From: the human T2T-CHM13v2.0 reference genome, Homo sapiens
Assembly: GCF_009914755.1 (NCBI RefSeq)
Contig: NC_060926.1
Direction: 5' to 3' (one strand)
Length of the DNA stretch: 64,000 bases
Below are positions 60,201-64,000 of the stretch, one piece after another. Positions within the stretch are counted from its first letter, which is position 1; the number at the start of each line of letters is the position of its first letter. The notes beneath the pieces were generated by a model. That model saw nothing but the letters and a program-made list of their open reading frames with translations, searched no databases and had not been told where the DNA came from. The position numbers and the translations under genes are program-made.

Positions 60201-61180
60201 GCAAAAGATTTGAATAGACATTTCTTAAAAGAAGACTTACAAATGGCAAACAGGCATATGAAAAGGTGTTCAACATCATTGATCATCAGAGAAATGCAAA
60301 TCAAAATTATAATGAGATATCATCTCACCCCAGTTGAAATGGCTTATATCCAAAAGACAGGCAATAAATGCTGGTAAGGATGTAGAGAAAAGGGAACCCT
60401 TGTGCACTATTGGTGGGAATGTAAATTAGTACAGCCACTATGGAGAACAGTTGGGAGGTTACTGAAAAACTAAAAATTGAGCTACCACATGATCCAGCAA
60501 TCCCATTGCTGGGTATATACCCAAAAGGAAGGAAATCAGTACATCATACAGATAAGTGCACTCCTATGTTTGTTGCAGCACTCTTTACAATAGCTACGAT
60601 TTGGGAGCAATGTAAGAGTCCATCAACTGATGAATGGGTGAAGAAAATGTGGGATGTATACAGAATGGAGTACTATTCAGCCATTAAAAAGAATAAGGCC
60701 CAGTCATTTGCAACAACATGGATGGATTATGTTAAGTAAAATAAGGCAGCCACAGAAAGACAAACATCACATTTCTCACTTATTTGTGGGATCTAAAAAT
60801 TAAAACAATTAAAGTCATGGACACAGAGAGTAGAAGGATGGTTACCAGAGGCTGGAAGGGTAGCGGGGAGCTGGGAGAGAGGTGAGGGATGGTTAATAGG
60901 TACCAAAAAGAAAATACAAAGAATGAATAAGACCTAGTGTTTGACAGCACGATAGGGTGACTATAGTTAATAGTAACTTAATTGTACATTTTAAAATTAC
61001 TTAAAAGTATAATCGTATTGTTTGTAACTCAAAGGATAAATGCTTGAGGGGATAGCTACCCCATTCTCCACAATGTGCTTATTTCACATTGCATGCCCAT
61101 ATCAAAACATCTCATGTACCTCATAAACTTATACACCTACTATATACCCACAAAATAAAAATAAAAGCAAATAAATAAAT
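54215..61180 (+). mobile_element. Near-full-length, decayed L1MA1-3-like LINE-1 (5'UTR, ORF1, ORF2, 3'UTR), antisense to ZNF385B
   Basis: ORF1 coiled-coil fragment (55329..55619), ORF2 fragments (59468..60739), L1MA-type 3'UTR and A-rich tail. Many stops and frameshifts. Confidence 0.92.
56042..56350 (+). mobile_element. Alu (old S/J) inserted in L1 ORF1
   Basis: Dimer with an (AAAC)n tail. Confidence 0.93.
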
Positions 61181-61309
61181 TTTATATGAATGAACAATAA
61201 TTTATTCAATAATCCCTTACTGGTGGATATATATGTTGTTTCCAAAGTTGTGCTATCATTATACAAAACATTATACAAAGTTGTGCCATCATTATACAAA
61301 ATTGGCATT

Positions 61310-62002
61310 AGATCCTGACTGCCCTGCTGGGTTTTGGACTTGGGTGGTGCCTATAGCCCCTTTGTTTTGGCCAATTTCTCCATTTTGGAATGGCAGCATT
61401 TATCCAATTCCTGTACTTCCACTGTATCTTAAAAATAACTAACTTGTTTTTTATTTGACAGGCTTACAGGTGGAAGGGACTTGCCTTGTCTCAGGTGAGA
61501 CTATGGACTTGGACTTTTGAATTAACGCTAGAGTGAGTTAAGACTTTGGGAGACTGTTGGGAAGGCATGATTGTGCTTTGAAATGTGAGAAGGAGATGAG
61601 ATTTGGCAGAGGCCAGGGGAGGAATAATATGGTTTGGCTCTTTGTCCCCACACAAATCTCATGTTGAATTGTAATTTCCAGTGTTGGAGGAGAGGCCTAA
61701 TGGGAGGTGATTGAATCTTGGGGGCGGACTTCTCCTTTGCTGTTCTTATGTTAGAGTTCTCATGAGATCTGGTTGTTTGAAAGTCTGTAACACTTCCCCT
61801 TTCTCTTTCCCTCTCCTGCCATCCATGTGAAGACGTGCTTGCTTCCCCTTTGCCTTCTGCCATGATTGTAAGTTTCCTGAGGCCTCCCCAGAAGCAGAAG
61901 CCTGTACAGCCTGCAGAACCATTAGTTGATTAATTCTCTTTTCTTCATAAATTTCCCAGTCTCAGATATGTCTTTATAGCAGTATGAGAATGGACTAATA
62001 CA
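61310..62002 (+). mobile_element. MST (MSTA-like) internal 3' end, polypurine tract and 3' LTR (LTR from 61625)
   Basis: ggaagggacttgccttgtctcag internal motif, then aggggaggaa-taatatggtttggct, ending gactaataca. Confidence 0.88.
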
Positions 62003-62188
62003 CTCTGCATCTGTTGAAGGAACCAAATCCAGGGAGTGTCTTCATTGCCACATTCTACCTTCACCCCCACATTCAATCCATCACCAAGTCCAATAGATTT
62101 TACCTCCTAAATATTTATCTACTCAAGCTGATTCTTTAGATCTCTACCACAACAATTTTGGTTCAAACTGCCATCATCTTTTGTTTCA

Positions 62189-62447
62189 ACCAGGCTGCAG
62201 TGCAGTGGTGGGATCATGGCTCACTGCAGGCTTGACCTCCCGGGGTCAAAGCAATCTCCCCACCTCAGCCTACCAAGTAGCTGGGACTACAGGTACTTGT
62301 CGCCAGGCTCTGCTAATTTTTGTATTTTTTATAGAGATGGGGTTTTACCATGTTGCCTAGGCTGGTCTGGAACTCCTGGGCTCAAGTGATCTGACTGTCT
62401 CAGCTTCCCCAAGTGTTGGGAAGACAGGCATGAGCCACTGTGCCTGG
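62189..62447 (-). mobile_element. AluJ lacking its tail
   Basis: Diverged reverse Alu. Confidence 0.85.
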
Positions 62448-62930
62448 TAAGAATTATTTTGTATCATATCTTTGTTTGTGTTTTAATTAGTGCCCTTAAG
62501 TGCTTAAGTATGATTGAAAAAGTGGTTCTGCTGGTGCTCTAAATCTCTATGCTTCAACCTCCTTTGCGACAATCATTTGCATTATCTTTGAAGAAAGAAT
62601 TTGGACCAATAAAAGTACAATTTGCCTACACCTGAATGATCACAAATCCCTAATTAATGTAGTCCAATTTAATAAGAATTTACTGCATTTATGAAAATGA
62701 AAACTAATGCAAAAGACAATTATTCAATGTTTAAATCTCTAGAAAGCTAGCTTACAAAGAATGTCTTCCACATATTCAAATTTTATATTTTTGTATCTAC
62801 ATCTGCAAATTCAGTAATTCTATTCTATTTTACAAATATAGACATTCATCATTTGCTCAACATTTACAGATTTTAATGAATATCCCCTTCTATAACTATC
62901 TGTGTAAATGTTTAAGTCTTAAAAAGAGAT

Positions 62931-63137
62931 TGTGATGTTCCCCTTCCTGTGTCCAAGTGTTCTCATTGTTCAATTCCCACCTATGAGTGAGAACATGCGG
63001 TGTTTGTTTTTTTGTCCTTGTGATAGTTTGCTGAGAATGATGGTTTCCAGCTTCATCCATGTCCCTACAAAGGACATGAACTCATCATTTTTTATGGCTG
63101 CATAGTATTCCATGGTGTATATGTGCCACATTTTCTT
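62931..63137 (-). mobile_element. Inverted arm of an L1PA4/5-like element
   Basis: Reverse L1 from ggggaacatcaca back to gaaaatgtggc, with older-subfamily diagnostics (cacttggac, caaggac, gaagctgg). Confidence 0.85.
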
Positions 63138-63921
63138 TTTTTTTTTTTCATTCTTTTTTTTTTTTTATACTTTAAGTTTTAGGGTACATGTGCACATTGT
63201 GCAGGTTAGTTACATATGTATACATGTGCCATGCTGGTGCGCTGCACCCACTAACTCGTCATCTAGCATTAGGTATATCTCCCAGTGCTATCCCTCCCCC
63301 CTCTCCCCACCCCACCACAGTCCCCAGAGTGTGATAGTCCCCTTCCTGTGTCCATGTGATCTCATTGTTCAATTCCCACCTATGAGTGAGAATATGTGGT
63401 GTTTGGTTTTTTGTTCTTGCGATAGTTTACTGAGAATGATGATTTCCAATTTCATCCATGTCCCTACAAAGGACATGAACTCATCATTTTTTATGGCTGC
63501 ATAGTAAACCATGGTGTATATGTGCCACATTTTCTTAATCCAGTCTATCATTGTTGGACATTTGGGTTGGTTCCAAGTCTTTGCTATTGTGAATAATGCC
63601 GCAATAAACATACGTGTGCATGTGTCTTTATAGCAGCATGATTTATAGTCCTTTGGGTATATATCCAGTAATGGGATGGCTGGGTCAAATGGTATTTCTA
63701 GTTCTAGATCCCTGAGGAATCGCCACACTGACTTCCACAATGGTTGCACCAGTTTACAGTCCCACCAACAGTGTAAAAGTGTTCCTATTTCTCCACATCC
63801 TCTCCAGCACCTGTTGTTTCCTGACTTTTTAATGATTGCCATTCTAACTGGTGTGAGATGGTATCTCATAGTGGTTTTGATTTGCATTTCTCTGATGGCC
63901 AGTGATGATGAGCATTTTTTC
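63138..63921 (-). mobile_element. Young 5'-truncated L1PA2-like LINE-1, sense to ZNF385B
   Basis: Poly-T. Diagnostics gagatcac, gctagatg, agtaaactatcgcaagaac, gactataaatc. ORF 63369..63962 is the ORF2p C-terminus. Confidence 0.92.
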
Positions 63922-64000
63922 AGGGCCTGTTGTGGGGTGGGGAGAGGGGGGAGGGATAGCATTAGGAGATATACCTAATGTTAAATGACAAGTTAATGGG
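63922..64000 (+). mobile_element. Sense 3'UTR part of the L1PA4/5-like element (runs off the window)
   Basis: gggcctgttgtggggtgggg...gcattaggagatatacctaatgttaaatga. Confidence 0.88.

Overview
Primate (most likely human) genomic DNA containing the 3' part of ZNF385B on the minus strand. Five coding exons are visible (42547-42709, 5617-5862, 4642-4820, 3968-4069, 2342-2560). All have GT-AG boundaries and splice into one continuous frame encoding the end of zinc finger 2, fingers 3-4 and the Ala/Pro-rich C-terminus, followed by a ~1.3 kb 3'UTR with AATAAA signals. The rest is intron or 3' flank packed with transposons: L1PA/L1MA/L2 LINEs, Alus, MIRs, THE1/MST/MLT/LTR8/MER41 LTR elements and Tigger3/MER3/MER30/MER58/MADE1 DNA elements. 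Almost all other ORFs in the track are repeat-derived or spurious. I see no evidence for a new protein-coding system. The most unusual structure is a 113-bp-arm fold-back palindrome (87 bp perfect) that splits the head of an Alu at 34786-35038 and is enclosed by an inverted Alu pair. Also notable are a chimeric twin-primed/nested L1, a rearranged MADE1, an AP-1-rich LTR8 and a candidate Alu poison exon. Repeat subfamily calls are from memory of consensus sequences and their boundaries are approximate.
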